A DNA stretch of 64,000 nt from Thalia democratica. Its lineage: Eukaryota. The translations under genes and the position numbers were made by a program. Shown here one piece after another: positions 63,511 through 64,000 of this stretch. The stretch lies in the NCBI GenBank assembly GCA_965202585.1, contig OZ241832.1, forward strand, positions 33,852,001 to 33,916,000. Reading direction: 5' to 3'. Every line of letters starts with the position of its first letter. Position 1 is the stretch's first letter. Under the pieces are notes generated by a model. That model saw only the letters and a list, made by a program, of their open reading frames with translations. It did not search any database and had not been told where the DNA came from.

Positions 63511-64000
63511 ATAAGGTACTTAACTATTGTTTGTTTCACTAAAACTGCAAGTTTTAGAAGTTCAATCAGTTTAGTTCTACTTCAAAAAAAAAGCTACTAA
63601 TAATTGATAACAACCAGGAGTAGAGTAATGGTCTCGGTAAACTTTTTAAATTGTATATTTGGACTACTGTAATTTCAAATGATCGTTGGTATTTAAGTCA
63701 CTGATTTTTATGGCCTGAAAAACGTAATAATTTACCGTTTTGAATGTCTTTGTGAGGCAAGTTGTATTAAGAAAGAAGATTAAGTGATATACCGAAAAGA
63801 GTACAGATAGTGTTTAACTTAAGATGAAAAAAAGATAATTTGCAATAACGCTATAAAACTGTTAAGAACTTCAGATATTTTTTTCAAGAGTTCTGTTGTA
63901 ACTGTCAAGATCTATCCATACAAAGTTATTTAGTAAACTGTTTATAAGCATATATTAAGTTTTGTATTTAACAAAAATTTTATAAAATAATCATTGATTT

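Overview
AT-rich, transposon-dense eukaryotic (invertebrate animal-like) genomic DNA with spliceosomal GT-AG introns; the species cannot be determined from the sequence. Host genes: an intronless mitochondrial-type J-domain protein (minus; HPD motif changed to HPI), a 4-exon secreted TSP1 + discoidin/F5-8C protein, an intronless 338-aa orphan membrane protein, intronless dolichol kinase (DOLK), and a 12-exon (probably 3'-incomplete) class 3 aldehyde dehydrogenase spanning 28.0-63.1 kb. The 19,656-bp seventh intron of the ALDH3 gene contains (i) an intact, intronless, antisense SF3A1 gene, (ii) a 3.1-kb hAT-type transposon with 6-bp flanking duplications, (iii) a disrupted ~590-codon reading frame joining a retrotransposon Gag-like region to an intronless Y-box-type cold-shock domain, preceded by tRNA-Trp-like PBS motifs, and (iv) a ~335-bp Penelope-like insertion with a 13-14-bp target-site duplication carrying a minimal hammerhead ribozyme twice as a perfect 100-bp inverted repeat. 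A second, degenerate hammerhead lies just upstream of DOLK. The rest is MITEs, a decayed Gypsy element, a minisatellite and local duplications. No CRISPR array, rRNA or tRNA gene was recognised.
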